A stretch of 64,000 nucleotides of DNA. Source: a virus. The DNA is taken from IMG/VR virus record IMGVR_UViG_3300042556_001828, positions 1 through 64,000 of that record; one strand, written 5' to 3'. Shown here in pieces: positions 45,554 to 54,742 of this stretch. Position numbers and translations under genes: made by a program. Numbering within the stretch: the stretch's first letter is position 1; each line of letters begins with the position of its first letter. The notes beneath the pieces were generated by a model, which worked only from the letters and a program-made list of their open reading frames with translations, was not told where the DNA came from and did no database searches.

Positions 45554-46588
45554 TCAAAGAATCTTGGCGGCGATCAAGCAGCCACGCGCCACAGCATGCA
45601 ACGGATCATTGGCGTGGCGCACTTCTTTGATAGGCAGCGGAAAATTATTCTCGGCGAGTTTCTTTTCAAACGTCTCCAGAAAGCCCTTGGCCCGCGTTGT
45701 CCCGCCTGCAAATGCTATCAATAACGGCTCTTTGAACTTGGGCAGCGCTTTGTGGCCCAGTAATGCCGCCGCCAGCTGCTTCGTGGTGTAGTCGATCAGG
45801 CGCTCGTAGTAGGCGCCCACCGCGGCTAATACGGGGTTCTCGTTCGCCTCGCCAATAGTGAAGTCCCCCTGCTCTTTCTCAGCCTGCACGACAGAGTCTT
45901 CTTCGCCAGTTGCCACAGCGGCCATTCTGTCGATCCAGTCGCCAGACTTGGTGGTCGAGAACAGCACCGTGGGCTCGCCGTTGAGCATGACACAGACGTT
46001 CACCATGCCAGCGCCCCACGAAAGCCCAATCCCCGTATAGTCGTCGTTGGCCAGCTCAGAGTAGCACAGCGCCTCGGCTTCGTTGATGGCCCGCGCAGCG
46101 TAGCCCTGCTCGGCGAGTACAGCTTTGACGACGTCTTCGTGATAGCCGACGTCAAAGTCTTCGTCGTCTTGGTCCACGGGCTGCGCTGGGACGCAGAACA
46201 CCAGCTTTTCGCCCTCTTCGGTGGCTTTGCCAGCCACTTCCTTGAGAATGAACGCCAGTACGCGCTTGGCTTCTTTCTCTTTCGGGGAGACAACGCCGCG
46301 GTACATGGGGCGCTTGGCAGATTCGTTGCGCTCGATGGCTTTATCAATGGCGTCTTGGCCGATGAGAATGAAACTCCCGTCAGTGTCTTTGACAAACACC
46401 TTGCCCTGCAGGCCCTTCTCAATCATCTTCGTGGCCACAGGCGTCGTGGGCTTGATGACGTAGAACGCGTCCCGGAAATCTTTGTAGCTGATAAATTCAG
46501 CCTTATCGTCGCTGGTGTAGCTGATCGGCTCCAAGCTGTCAGAGGCGAGGACGATAAAAGAAGTTCCGACGTCTAAACCCTTGGCCAT
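45554..46588 (-). CDS. Actin-like ATPase (MreB/FtsA superfamily)
   Basis: GLDVGTS, INEAEA, LSWGAGMVNV, AGGT and AVARG correspond to the five actin-fold motifs. Confidence 0.85.
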   Translation of the reverse strand: MAKGLDVGTSFIVLASDSLEPISYTSDDKAEFISYKDFRDAFYVIKPTTPVATKMIEKGLQGKVFVKDTDGSFILIGQDAIDKAIERNESAKRPMYRGVVSPKEKEAKRVLAFILKEVAGKATEEGEKLVFCVPAQPVDQDDEDFDVGYHEDVVKAVLAEQGYAARAINEAEALCYSELANDDYTGIGLSWGAGMVNVCVMLNGEPTVLFSTTKSGDWIDRMAAVATGEEDSVVQAEKEQGDFTIGEANENPVLAAVGAYYERLIDYTTKQLAAALLGHKALPKFKEPLLIAFAGGTTRAKGFLETFEKKLAENNFPLPIKEVRHANDPLHAVARGCLIAAKIL

Positions 46589-46590
46589 GA

Positions 46591-46971
46591 TTATTTCCCT
46601 TTAAGCTGCGCTAACTTGGACACAGACGAGCCAATATCATCCTGTACCGCCGTGGTTTTGCCAAGCTCGCCTGACCCGGCGCGTTCCATGCCGGCAGTGT
46701 TCACAGCGGTCACAAACGTGCTGGTATTGATATCTATGGGCGCCAGCGTGGACTTTGGCGCAGGCTCGGTGGCGCTGAACGTACGGGATTTCTGCGTGGT
46801 GCGCTCGACCGGGCTCGGAGCGCCTGCTGGTTCGGCGCCAAACGCCACCCGTTTCAGGGCGCGCAGCGTGTTGTAAATAATGTCCAGCCGCCCCACGACG
46901 TACCCAGCGACATAGCCGGCAAATATGAGGAACAGGGCTGTAATATACGCCGTCGTGATCTGGTCTAGCAT
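46591..46971 (-). CDS. Membrane-anchored protein adjacent to the actin-like gene
   Basis: N-terminal TM, disordered linker and a C-terminal amphipathic helix (SSVSKLAQLKGK). Confidence 0.7.
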   Translation of the reverse strand: MLDQITTAYITALFLIFAGYVAGYVVGRLDIIYNTLRALKRVAFGAEPAGAPSPVERTTQKSRTFSATEPAPKSTLAPIDINTSTFVTAVNTAGMERAGSGELGKTTAVQDDIGSSVSKLAQLKGK

Positions 46972-46972
46972 G

Positions 46973-47407
46973 TTACAACTCGGCGGGCGGGAAAGCGGGC
47001 GGAAACCATATAGTATCGGGGTTGACGCCCCTGTTTACAAATATGGGCAGGCTTTCACACACGTCGAACTGGTCTTCTAGCTTTTTAAACTCTTTCGGGT
47101 CCGTGGCGCCAATTCCCTCGGGCATGTCGTCGATCCAGATATCGATTTTATAGCCCAGCTGCTGCGTCATCGCGCGCTTGGGCGAATGGTTGCAGAATAT
47201 GCAGCGCGTGAGGCGTTTAAATATCTCTTCGCCAAACACCTGCGCCAGCTGCAGCCTGTTCTGGGGCGTGTCGTACCGGCCCGTGACGCACAGCACTCGG
47301 TGCCCACGCTGCACAGCCTGCCGAATAAACAGGCGCCAAAATTCCACGTCGCTCGTGAACGTCCGGTCGAAATCAATGGCGATGACCGTCGGCCGATACG
47401 GCGTCAT
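46973..47407 (-). CDS. HAD-superfamily hydrolase
   Basis: [13 protein letters not shown] and WIDD motifs. Confidence 0.85.
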   Translation of the reverse strand: MTPYRPTVIAIDFDRTFTSDVEFWRLFIRQAVQRGHRVLCVTGRYDTPQNRLQLAQVFGEEIFKRLTRCIFCNHSPKRAMTQQLGYKIDIWIDDMPEGIGATDPKEFKKLEDQFDVCESLPIFVNRGVNPDTIWFPPAFPPAEL

Positions 47408-47664
47408 CCGTGCCCGCCCCCCATGTATTTCACGGCTACATAGGTGCCAACGAACGCGCCGCAGGCCAACGGCAGCAGATACCACATGTTGTGCGTGTAG
47501 CTCATGACACCGTACGCGCCAAGACTGTAAAGCACTGCGCTCACTCCCGCCGCGGCCAACGCTTGCTTACGGCTCACGCACAGCACGTAGAGCGTGTACA
47601 AAATATCAAAAACAACGTAGACACAGAATACCAGCGCCGCCGTGAACCAGCTGAAGTCTTCCAT
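47404..47664 (-). CDS. Three-TM membrane protein
   Basis: Hydrophobic 86-aa ORF with an ATGA overlap. Confidence 0.7.
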   Translation of the reverse strand: MEDFSWFTAALVFCVYVVFDILYTLYVLCVSRKQALAAAGVSAVLYSLGAYGVMSYTHNMWYLLPLACGAFVGTYVAVKYMGGGHG

Positions 47665-47684
47665 ACACCCGTGCGGCCTCTTTC

Positions 47685-48212
47685 TTACGGTTGCTTTAAC
47701 ACATCCCACGCGGACGCCCACCGGCTGTCGGGCCGAAAGGTGATCTTGTGGCGGGCCAAGTTAATCTCCCGCGCCGGCACCACGTAAAACAACTGCAGAA
47801 TGTTGTGCACAAACACAAAGACATCGACGTCGTCATGCGTGTACGCGCGGTGCGGGGTTTTCGTGTACACGCCGTTACGCTGATGGCCGGTTTTATGGCG
47901 CGCCAGACAAAACGAGGCGGCGCTGCGCGTCTGGCGCGTCGATTCAGTGGCTTTGACCTGAATGCGCTTGAGCGTGTTGCCGTACACCGACACCAGATCA
48001 AAGCCGATGTCGATGTTGGGAAAACACGGCACGATTTCCTGCCCGAGTAATTCCGCGCACGTGAGCGCGACCCCGCGCGCCCCGATAGCCACAGCCCGCG
48101 GCCAGCTTTTACACAGCACACAGTCCGGGTGCCGCGCCGTGGCGTTTGTAATAATCGGGCTGCCGGCACTTTTTTTAACAGGCATCGCCCGTCGCGCTTC
48201 CATGCGCTGCAA
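47685..48212 (-). CDS. PD-(D/E)xK endonuclease (free-standing homing type)
   Basis: FDLV...RIQVK...YTHDDVDVF. Start is uncertain. Confidence 0.75.
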   Translation of the reverse strand: MQRMEARRAMPVKKSAGSPIITNATARHPDCVLCKSWPRAVAIGARGVALTCAELLGQEIVPCFPNIDIGFDLVSVYGNTLKRIQVKATESTRQTRSAASFCLARHKTGHQRNGVYTKTPHRAYTHDDVDVFVFVHNILQLFYVVPAREINLARHKITFRPDSRWASAWDVLKQP

Positions 48213-48257
48213 GCTCCGTGGAGAAAAGGACCCTGCGCTATCCGTAGCGCAAGCGCT

Positions 48258-48689
48258 TTAACCCAAGCCGGCGAGAATACGCCGCATGCGTTCCGCGTCT
48301 TCATAGCTGTCTTGCAGCTGGTCTTCATAAAAGATTGACAGATAGTTCGACTCCGGCTCACCCCACGCCTGCACTTGGGCAATGCGGGTAGCGTAGTTCG
48401 CCACGACCTGCTGCTCAATCTTGTGGGCGTGCGCCAGAATGTGCTCGACAAACGTAAACGTCGGAAAGGCGTTGCTATCTAGCGTCGGCTCGCCGCCCAG
48501 TCCCCAAATACGATCCTGAAACTGCTGCACGTGCTCCAGCTCGCCTTTGGCGGCATCCGTGAGGAACTCCCGATATTCAGCCGCGTGTAGTCCGGTTACA
48601 GCACTGGCGTGATACAGGTAGAACTGCAGATGCATCCGTTCGTTCTTCAGGTCTTCGTTCAGCAGTTTCAGGATCTCGTGGCGTGCCAT
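48258..48689 (-). CDS. Ferritin/bacterioferritin-like protein
   Basis: LNEDLKNE..QFY..H, ELEH, RIWGLGGEP and EQQVVANY. Confidence 0.8.
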   Translation of the reverse strand: MARHEILKLLNEDLKNERMHLQFYLYHASAVTGLHAAEYREFLTDAAKGELEHVQQFQDRIWGLGGEPTLDSNAFPTFTFVEHILAHAHKIEQQVVANYATRIAQVQAWGEPESNYLSIFYEDQLQDSYEDAERMRRILAGLG

Positions 48690-48715
48690 CCGTGCACCTC
48701 TCAAAAAGAAGAAAA

Positions 48716-49264
48716 CTATTTCTGGAATGTGTGCGTGAGATACTCGGCTAAACGAACAGCCTGTGGTGTCTCTTCCGCCACGATCTGGGCGTAGTACATG
48801 GCGCCGTAGGTGCGGAACACCATGACGTTATTCACAAGCCAGCCCATATGGTACCCCTGTTTCATAAAAGCAACAAGCTGGTCTGTGGCGGCTGTGTCCA
48901 AGATATAGTTGCATTCTGCAAACTTTTGTGCCCAGTATTCCCGCGGCTGGCAGTTAATGTGCCCAAACCCGCCTTGGCCCGGCTGCGCAGCGCTAAAGAT
49001 CACCGTGGGCGCCACTTTAGTGAGCCGGTCAACAAAGTAGTCAGCTTTGCCCTCAGCCAAGTGCTCGGCCACTTCTAGGCACAAGCACACGTCGTACTGG
49101 TTAAAGTACGTCTCAAACTCTGGCGAAAAGACATCGCATTTGTCGTACGGGCAATTGTTATCTAAATCCACGCCCGATGCTTGTGCGCCGGCCTCGTGCA
49201 GCGCTTTGACATAGATCCCCGGGCCGCAACCGACGTCGAGAATACGTAGCGAGTTAGCCACCAT
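48716..49264 (-). CDS. Class I SAM-dependent methyltransferase
   Basis: ILDVGCGPG, CLEVAEHL and GHINCQ. Confidence 0.85.
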   Translation of the reverse strand: MVANSLRILDVGCGPGIYVKALHEAGAQASGVDLDNNCPYDKCDVFSPEFETYFNQYDVCLCLEVAEHLAEGKADYFVDRLTKVAPTVIFSAAQPGQGGFGHINCQPREYWAQKFAECNYILDTAATDQLVAFMKQGYHMGWLVNNVMVFRTYGAMYYAQIVAEETPQAVRLAEYLTHTFQK

Positions 49265-49308
49265 AAACCCCTTTTGTGAAATAACTGTACGCCAACTAAA
49301 AAATTTGC

Positions 49309-49806
49309 CTATTCCTGTGCCGCCGTCGGATCGTTTGGGGGCACATAAAAAGCGTGTTGCGGTTTACAGAATCGCACATACTTTTTGTCAATGACATAAA
49401 AATCGCCGTAACGGCCGGCTTTTGAATCCCACAGGCGCTCAATCTTCCAGTGCGGTCGTGTCCAGCCATACACAACAGCCGCGCATGTCCCGGCCGTGTT
49501 TTCAATGATGTACGCCAGCGGTGCATCTTCTTTGTTGTCGATTTTATATTTCTCGTCAATGATTACAGTGTTAAACGGATAATCGTCTTTACCCGTGAAG
49601 CGGAGTTTTCTTTTTTTGTGCTCTACGCGAGCACACAACATAAAATCGCCGGAGTCGCCGTACTGCATGCGCACAGAACTATCGGGCCTGTCGACGTGCG
49701 GTGTTGTTTCCGCGTAGAAGCCCATATCACAAAGCTCTTGCACGCGCTGAGCTACAATTGTCCGGCTTGCGTTGAGGTCGGCGAAAAAGGGTGCGTCAGC
49801 TTTCAT
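49309..49806 (-). CDS. Hypothetical protein, possible PD-(D/E)xK nuclease fold
   Basis: D.GD...RVEHK motif. Confidence 0.5.
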   Translation of the reverse strand: MKADAPFFADLNASRTIVAQRVQELCDMGFYAETTPHVDRPDSSVRMQYGDSGDFMLCARVEHKKRKLRFTGKDDYPFNTVIIDEKYKIDNKEDAPLAYIIENTAGTCAAVVYGWTRPHWKIERLWDSKAGRYGDFYVIDKKYVRFCKPQHAFYVPPNDPTAAQE

Positions 49807-49886
49807 AGCGCGTGGAATCCTTTCGCGTGAGGTGTGGCGCAGTCTACAAACTGGCGACACCCCACGCAAGAGGAGCGCGGGCGCTA

Positions 49887-50597
49887 TCAGAGCTTTTTCA
49901 GCACAGCCGCTACGATGGGATGCCGTACAACGTCATTGTGCGAAAACTGTATGACATCAATGTTCTGGGTGCCCTTGAGCTTCTCTACGACTTCTTTCAG
50001 CGGCGGCGGCGAAAACGGCAAATCACTCTGGTGTAAGTCGCCTGTAATTACCATCTTCGTATTTTGCCCAAACCGGCTCAACAGCAGCTTCAACTGCATG
50101 TACGTGGCGTTCTGGGCTTCGTCGAAGATACACACGGCGTCGTTGAATGTTCTGCCGCGCATGTAGCATAGGGGTGCTAGCACGATAGCTTTGTTGACGA
50201 ACTCGCGTTTGGCATTGTATTTGCCCAGCAGCGTGTCCATCGTGTCGTACAGCGGCTGCATGTACGGGTTGACTTTCTCGCCGAATGAGCCCGGGAGAAA
50301 CCCAAGCTTTTCACCGGCGTCTACGATGGGCCGGGTAAGAATGATCTGGCTTCTACGCTTCGACAAGATCTCATTGATAGCATAGGCCATCGCCAAGAAC
50401 GTCTTGCCAGAACCGGCCGAGCCCAAGAGAAAACTAATGTCGTTCTTTTGCAGCGTATTCCACGCGTGTTTCTGACTTTCCGTGCGCCACTCGATGTCAC
50501 AGGGCTGCAGGGCTGCTTTCTCTTTCTCTAGTTGGTCTTGTTTTCGCTTGGCTTTCTTTTCGGCACTTCGGGACACTCTCACGGGCTTTTTGCGCAT
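49887..50597 (-). CDS. phoH: PhoH family ATPase
   Basis: GSAGSGKT, LTRP, LGFLPG, YMRGRTF, DEAQN, TGDLHQSD and DVVRHP. Confidence 0.95.
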   Translation of the reverse strand: MRKKPVRVSRSAEKKAKRKQDQLEKEKAALQPCDIEWRTESQKHAWNTLQKNDISFLLGSAGSGKTFLAMAYAINEILSKRRSQIILTRPIVDAGEKLGFLPGSFGEKVNPYMQPLYDTMDTLLGKYNAKREFVNKAIVLAPLCYMRGRTFNDAVCIFDEAQNATYMQLKLLLSRFGQNTKMVITGDLHQSDLPFSPPPLKEVVEKLKGTQNIDVIQFSHNDVVRHPIVAAVLKKL

Positions 50598-50650
50598 AGA
50601 CGTAACCGCCTTCCTTGGCTTGATGTAAGTCGCGTGGCGTGAGCAGAGAT

Positions 50651-52108
50651 TTAGTTATTTGTATTCGTCTGCGTCGCTCCTGCGTCCTCGGGCTTCGGGC
50701 TGTTTGTGCTCTTCTGCTTGTCGTCCACCACCTTCGTCTCGCCGCGGCTCGACGCTGTCTCGGTCATCGTGGTCTGGCCACAGCTGGCCTTGGCGGCCTT
50801 CTCCGCCTCTTTCTTTTTTTTCTTATCGCCTCCAGCCGGCCGGCACGAGTCGTTGCTGTACGGCTTCTTGCCCGGCACCGGCTCATAGCCAGCCCAGCAG
50901 CGCGCGGACTTTGTGATCAGCTGCTGCATAGCGAACTTGTGAAGTAAATTCTGAATCACAGAACCGGCTTTATTTTGCATGGGGAATTCTCCGTAAGCGT
51001 TATGTAACATGTTTGCGGATAAGTCTTCGAACGAGTTTCCACCCGGCAGCATTAGTTCGCCGTTCGGGCCTTTCTTGAGATACTGCTGCAGCGCCGGATC
51101 TTTTTGCATCGTGGCTAGAATCTGGTTTTCGCGATATTTGTTTGCCCACGTACCGCCCTGCTGCCGGGCTTTGAACATGGCGCTCAAAACGCCGCTGTGT
51201 TCTTTGTCTTTTTCCTGCAGTGTTTTGATAGCAGCTTGTTGGGCCTGATTACGCAGATAGGCCGGGTCGCTGATCTCTTGGTGTTTTGCAGCCAGCTGGT
51301 CGTACATCTGGCCAGCAGCTTCAGCTGTCTGTGGCGCGCCTTCGCCCGGTAAGCCCATGAGCATCGTCGTGCCCACATCGCGGCCCATGCCCGTCAGCGT
51401 GCCAAGCTGGCCTTTGTATTTGTCGATCTCCGCTTGACCAGCCGCCCAGCCGCCTGCTTGGCCCTGTTCGTTCTTGGCGTCCATGAGCGACTGCACTGCT
51501 GAGCCGCCGCCCCCATTTAAAGCGCCTGTAACGCTCTGCGCTGTGGGTACGTCTTGGCCAAAGAAACCAGCCACGTTCATCGCGCCTTGGCCGACCATAC
51601 GGCGCGCGTCGTCGCCAAATAAGCCCATACCGGCGCCAGCCAAGCCAGCGGCGCCCAAGCCCAGTGCGCCCACGCCAGTACCCAAGCCGCCGCCCTGCAT
51701 CATGCCGAGCGCGCCAAGGCCCAAACCACCACCCACGGTCCATTTGGCGGCGTTGGGCATGTTGTTCCAGTTCTGCGCGACACCACTAAATGCGTCGCCC
51801 ACTTGTTTGCCGAAGTTTTGCGCTTGGCTGTAAATGCCGTTGTTATTGGGCGGCACTTGTAAACCACCGGGCTGCCCAATCGTCGGCGCTGGCTTTAGGC
51901 CGCCGGGCGCACCAGCATTTGGAGCGGGTTGTGCGCCGCCGAGCTGACCTGCGTTGCCGGGCCTGATGGCGAGCTTATCGGCAGCGAGTGGCGCAGCTGT
52001 CGCGCCCGCAGCAGGCGCTGGCGCTGTTCCGGGCTGTGCCGGGTTAATATCGGCGTACTTCATGTACGCCAGCTGCAACGCGCTATTTACGGCTGCCGGT
52101 GTCGTCAT
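50651..52108 (-). CDS. Gly/Ala/Gln-rich putative virion cargo protein
   Basis: MKYAD, glycine zippers, HKFAM, and TKSA followed by the mini-module RCWAGYEPVPGKKPYSNDSCRP. Confidence 0.7.
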   Translation of the reverse strand: MTTPAAVNSALQLAYMKYADINPAQPGTAPAPAAGATAAPLAADKLAIRPGNAGQLGGAQPAPNAGAPGGLKPAPTIGQPGGLQVPPNNNGIYSQAQNFGKQVGDAFSGVAQNWNNMPNAAKWTVGGGLGLGALGMMQGGGLGTGVGALGLGAAGLAGAGMGLFGDDARRMVGQGAMNVAGFFGQDVPTAQSVTGALNGGGGSAVQSLMDAKNEQGQAGGWAAGQAEIDKYKGQLGTLTGMGRDVGTTMLMGLPGEGAPQTAEAAGQMYDQLAAKHQEISDPAYLRNQAQQAAIKTLQEKDKEHSGVLSAMFKARQQGGTWANKYRENQILATMQKDPALQQYLKKGPNGELMLPGGNSFEDLSANMLHNAYGEFPMQNKAGSVIQNLLHKFAMQQLITKSARCWAGYEPVPGKKPYSNDSCRPAGGDKKKKKEAEKAAKASCGQTTMTETASSRGETKVVDDKQKSTNSPKPEDAGATQTNTNN

Positions 52109-52502
52109 CGTCTACATCCTCTGGCTCCGGCTGGCCGGCACCTACGACGTCTTTTTCGTTGTGGTGCGTGCTCAGCTCCAGTACGCGCGACTCTTCGAGG
52201 CCCTGAAACTTATGCTGCATACCGGGAGGAATATGAAACGCCATGTCGGCTGTCATGGTCAAAGTAGCCGCATGGGACTCATCGTCGTCCCACCCATATG
52301 TTAGCAAAACCTTGCCGCTCTCTACGTATAGCACTTTGTCTTTTACGCGATGATGCACCCACTCACTGGTTTTGCCGCGCTTAATAACAAGCTTTTTGCC
52401 GCAATATCTGCCGTTCCAGAGCCAGTCTTCGCTGCCCCAGTCTTTTTCGACGTACACTCGTTGCTCAGCATTCAAGACAAACTTGCGCGACGCTTCAGCC
52501 AT
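52083..52502 (-). CDS. Cupin-domain protein (sugar isomerase-like)
   Basis: VEKDWG..., HH.VKD..LYVESG and HIPPGMQHKF. Confidence 0.8.
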   Translation of the reverse strand: MAEASRKFVLNAEQRVYVEKDWGSEDWLWNGRYCGKKLVIKRGKTSEWVHHRVKDKVLYVESGKVLLTYGWDDDESHAATLTMTADMAFHIPPGMQHKFQGLEESRVLELSTHHNEKDVVGAGQPEPEDVDDDDTGSRK

Positions 52503-52632
52503 GGGTATCTGTTCCTTCGTCGGGATATATACACCGCCCGCCTTCACAACATGTCTCTAGGATCATGTGGCAGCGGGGACAGATAAGTTTACCGCGGATT
52601 TCAATCGCGGCTACAGCACACAGCGGGCACAT
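52495..52632 (-). CDS. 45-aa Zn-ribbon microprotein (below the ORF-track cutoff)
   Basis: MCPLCAVAAIEIRGKLICPRCHMILETCCEGGRC...; fills the intergenic gap. Confidence 0.65.
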   Translation of the reverse strand: MCPLCAVAAIEIRGKLICPRCHMILETCCEGGRCIYPDEGTDTHG

Positions 52633-52648
52633 ACGCGGCTAGTTTCAA

Positions 52649-53332
52649 TCACTGCGGCGTTGCCATGCCGCTGCCGATAAGCTTGGCGGCAGACGCGGCA
52701 TTGTTGGTCGTGCCGTAGGCTTTTTGCGCTGTATTGGCCGCGTTCATTACGGGCTTGAGCGTTGTTGGCACACGGGCCGCAGCCCCGGCTGCCGCCTGTG
52801 TCGCCTGCAACGGCTTCAGTACTTGACCCACGCCGCCAATCGCTGCCGCCGGGGCAATCGTGGCCGCGGTATCGACAATGTTGAATGCCCGGTCAGAAAA
52901 GTCCCGGGCCCCTTGAGAGACGCCCGGCTGCTGCTCTACGGTTTTCCACGCGGCATCGCCTGCACTGCCAGCCTGATGCGTGCCGGCTAAACCCTGCGCG
53001 CCCAGCCCCAGCGAGTTTGCAAGATCTTGGCCATACCCACGCGCAACATTCGCGTAATTCCCCGCGGTGCCCGCCACGGTATTAACAGCCTCGTTCGAAA
53101 AAGGCTGTTGCCCCACGAGTGACCCGGCCGCGTTGCCAATCAGCATGCCACCCGCGCCAATACCAGCGCCAGCAGCACCCAGCCCTGCGCCTACGGCACC
53201 AGTCATGCCCTTGAACGTCCGCGCGCCGTTGTTCCACATCTGGCTGCCCAGCGTTGATGCGTTGTCCAGCACGCCTGCGGATTTCATACGGCCGCCCAAC
53301 TGCTGTCCAAATTCATATGGCGTCATGGTCAT
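52649..53332 (-). CDS. Gly/Ala-rich putative virion protein
   Basis: Leader TPYEFGQQLGGRMKSA followed by a glycine zipper. Confidence 0.7.
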   Translation of the reverse strand: MTMTPYEFGQQLGGRMKSAGVLDNASTLGSQMWNNGARTFKGMTGAVGAGLGAAGAGIGAGGMLIGNAAGSLVGQQPFSNEAVNTVAGTAGNYANVARGYGQDLANSLGLGAQGLAGTHQAGSAGDAAWKTVEQQPGVSQGARDFSDRAFNIVDTAATIAPAAAIGGVGQVLKPLQATQAAAGAAARVPTTLKPVMNAANTAQKAYGTTNNAASAAKLIGSGMATPQ

Positions 53333-53688
53333 GATTTCAGGCACTTTCGTTTCTGGCAGGCTTTTCTATAGTCCGCAACCATTTTGCGGACGTCCTTATT
53401 GTAGCACTTGAAGTTCATAAAGTGCCCGAACACGATATGGCACGGCTGGGCGCATAATGTTATCAAATTCGTTTCGCTGAGTTCTTTATCCGCGTCGAAA
53501 CTTACTGGAATGATGTGGTGCACGATTAAATTCTCGCGCCGGCCGCAGGCCATGCACTGGGGCTCTAGTTCTAGGTGCTTGGCCCGGATTGCGTGCCATT
53601 GGCTGGCGCGCTGGCGCATCGCTAAGAGCTTGCGGGGACGCCACGAGACAGGCAGCAAGTTGAGTAAGAATTCAAGCATGGTGATCAT
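53329..53688 (-). CDS. HNH endonuclease
   Basis: CMACG..., VHHIIP...NLITLC..PCH...GH. Start moved downstream of the AlkB overlap. Confidence 0.85.
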   Translation of the reverse strand: MITMLEFLLNLLPVSWRPRKLLAMRQRASQWHAIRAKHLELEPQCMACGRRENLIVHHIIPVSFDADKELSETNLITLCAQPCHIVFGHFMNFKCYNKDVRKMVADYRKACQKRKCLKS

Positions 53689-54220
53689 CGTCCCAGCCAC
53701 GAAACACCACGGAATACCGCTGCGCTTGTACGGGCAAAATTTCGTGCGTCCATGTGAACCGAATGTCGTCGCGTATTTGGACGACACTGCGCGGCGGCAA
53801 CACGACAGCGTGCGATTCAGCTGGATCTTTGCGTTTAAATACCATTGTGGCGGGCGAGCCCAGACTGAGTACGGTGATGACTTTGCCGGCGCTGGGCGCG
53901 TCAATGTGGGCCCGAATGACATCCCCGGGCCTGTATTCGTTGACTGTGATGCTCAGCGGCGGCGTAGAGAGTAATTCCAGCGCGCACAGCCGGGCGCCCA
54001 GCGCAACAAAGTGCTCAGGAATAGTGGCGGAAACAAGGTGGTTGCTGTACACCCGCGGATCGCCGTAGCGCTGAATCGTGCTGCGCCCCGCTGTGTCTTT
54101 GTAGCCAAACTGGACGGGCGCCAGTAGTTTGGGCACGAGCGCCAGCTCTTCGCTCGCTGTAATAAACTCGCCGTAGAGAGACAAGCCAATGTGCTCAAGC
54201 CCTGTCGCGATTTGTTCCAT
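53672..54220 (-). CDS. AlkB-family 2OG-Fe(II) dioxygenase
   Basis: VNEY.PG..I.AHID, LSLGS, WTHEI and RYSVVFR. Confidence 0.88.
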   Translation of the reverse strand: MEQIATGLEHIGLSLYGEFITASEELALVPKLLAPVQFGYKDTAGRSTIQRYGDPRVYSNHLVSATIPEHFVALGARLCALELLSTPPLSITVNEYRPGDVIRAHIDAPSAGKVITVLSLGSPATMVFKRKDPAESHAVVLPPRSVVQIRDDIRFTWTHEILPVQAQRYSVVFRGWDDDHHA

Positions 54221-54353
54221 GCTGCGCGCCTATTTCCTTGCTGCCCGCTTTGTGCTTGGGCACATACGGGCAGTTTTTGCATTTGTTTCCGCAACACCTG
54301 CCGTATTGAAGAAGAACATCCCGGGACATGGGCTGTGGCTTCGGCTGGCTCAC
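54195..54353 (-). CDS. 52-aa Cys-rich microprotein (DUF5522-like; below the cutoff)
   Basis: LLQYGRCCGNKCKNCPY, with a GTGA overlap with the upstream stop. Confidence 0.65.
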   Translation of the reverse strand: MSQPKPQPMSRDVLLQYGRCCGNKCKNCPYVPKHKAGSKEIGAQHGTNRDRA

Positions 54354-54700
54354 AGCACGGTCATGTTGGTAAACGCGCGCTCATACGCGGCATAGATCTC
54401 CGCATAGGCGACGCCCCACGCCGCGTCATGGGCGAGCTTATTAAATGCCGCGTCGTCGGCGGCGCTGTCGAGCATGTGGTTCCATGCCCGCGCGTGCGCC
54501 CACTCGTGGATGAGCACGTCCATGGCGCGGGATTCACACAGGGCGCTGTCGATCTGGATATGGAACTTCTTGCCCTGTTTCCAGCACCGACCCTCTAGCT
54601 TAGAGAGCTGTATACGCCGCACGCTCACAGGAAATGCCACGGGGCAGTCCTTTTTGAGCATCCGCAAAAGCGCCTGATACATCTTGAATCTAGCCGCCAT
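54350..54700 (-). CDS. HExxH zincin (SprT-like) metallopeptidase
   Basis: LIHEWAHA...HDAAWG. Confidence 0.75.
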   Translation of the reverse strand: MAARFKMYQALLRMLKKDCPVAFPVSVRRIQLSKLEGRCWKQGKKFHIQIDSALCESRAMDVLIHEWAHARAWNHMLDSAADDAAFNKLAHDAAWGVAYAEIYAAYERAFTNMTVL

Positions 54701-54742
54701 GCTCAAGCTCCTGTGTAGGCGTCCATGCCACAACAGGCTTGA

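Noticed and set aside
47696-48451. 251-aa minus-strand ORF
   Set aside because: An alternative-frame overlap of the ferritin and PD-(D/E)xK genes, Arg-rich with no motifs.
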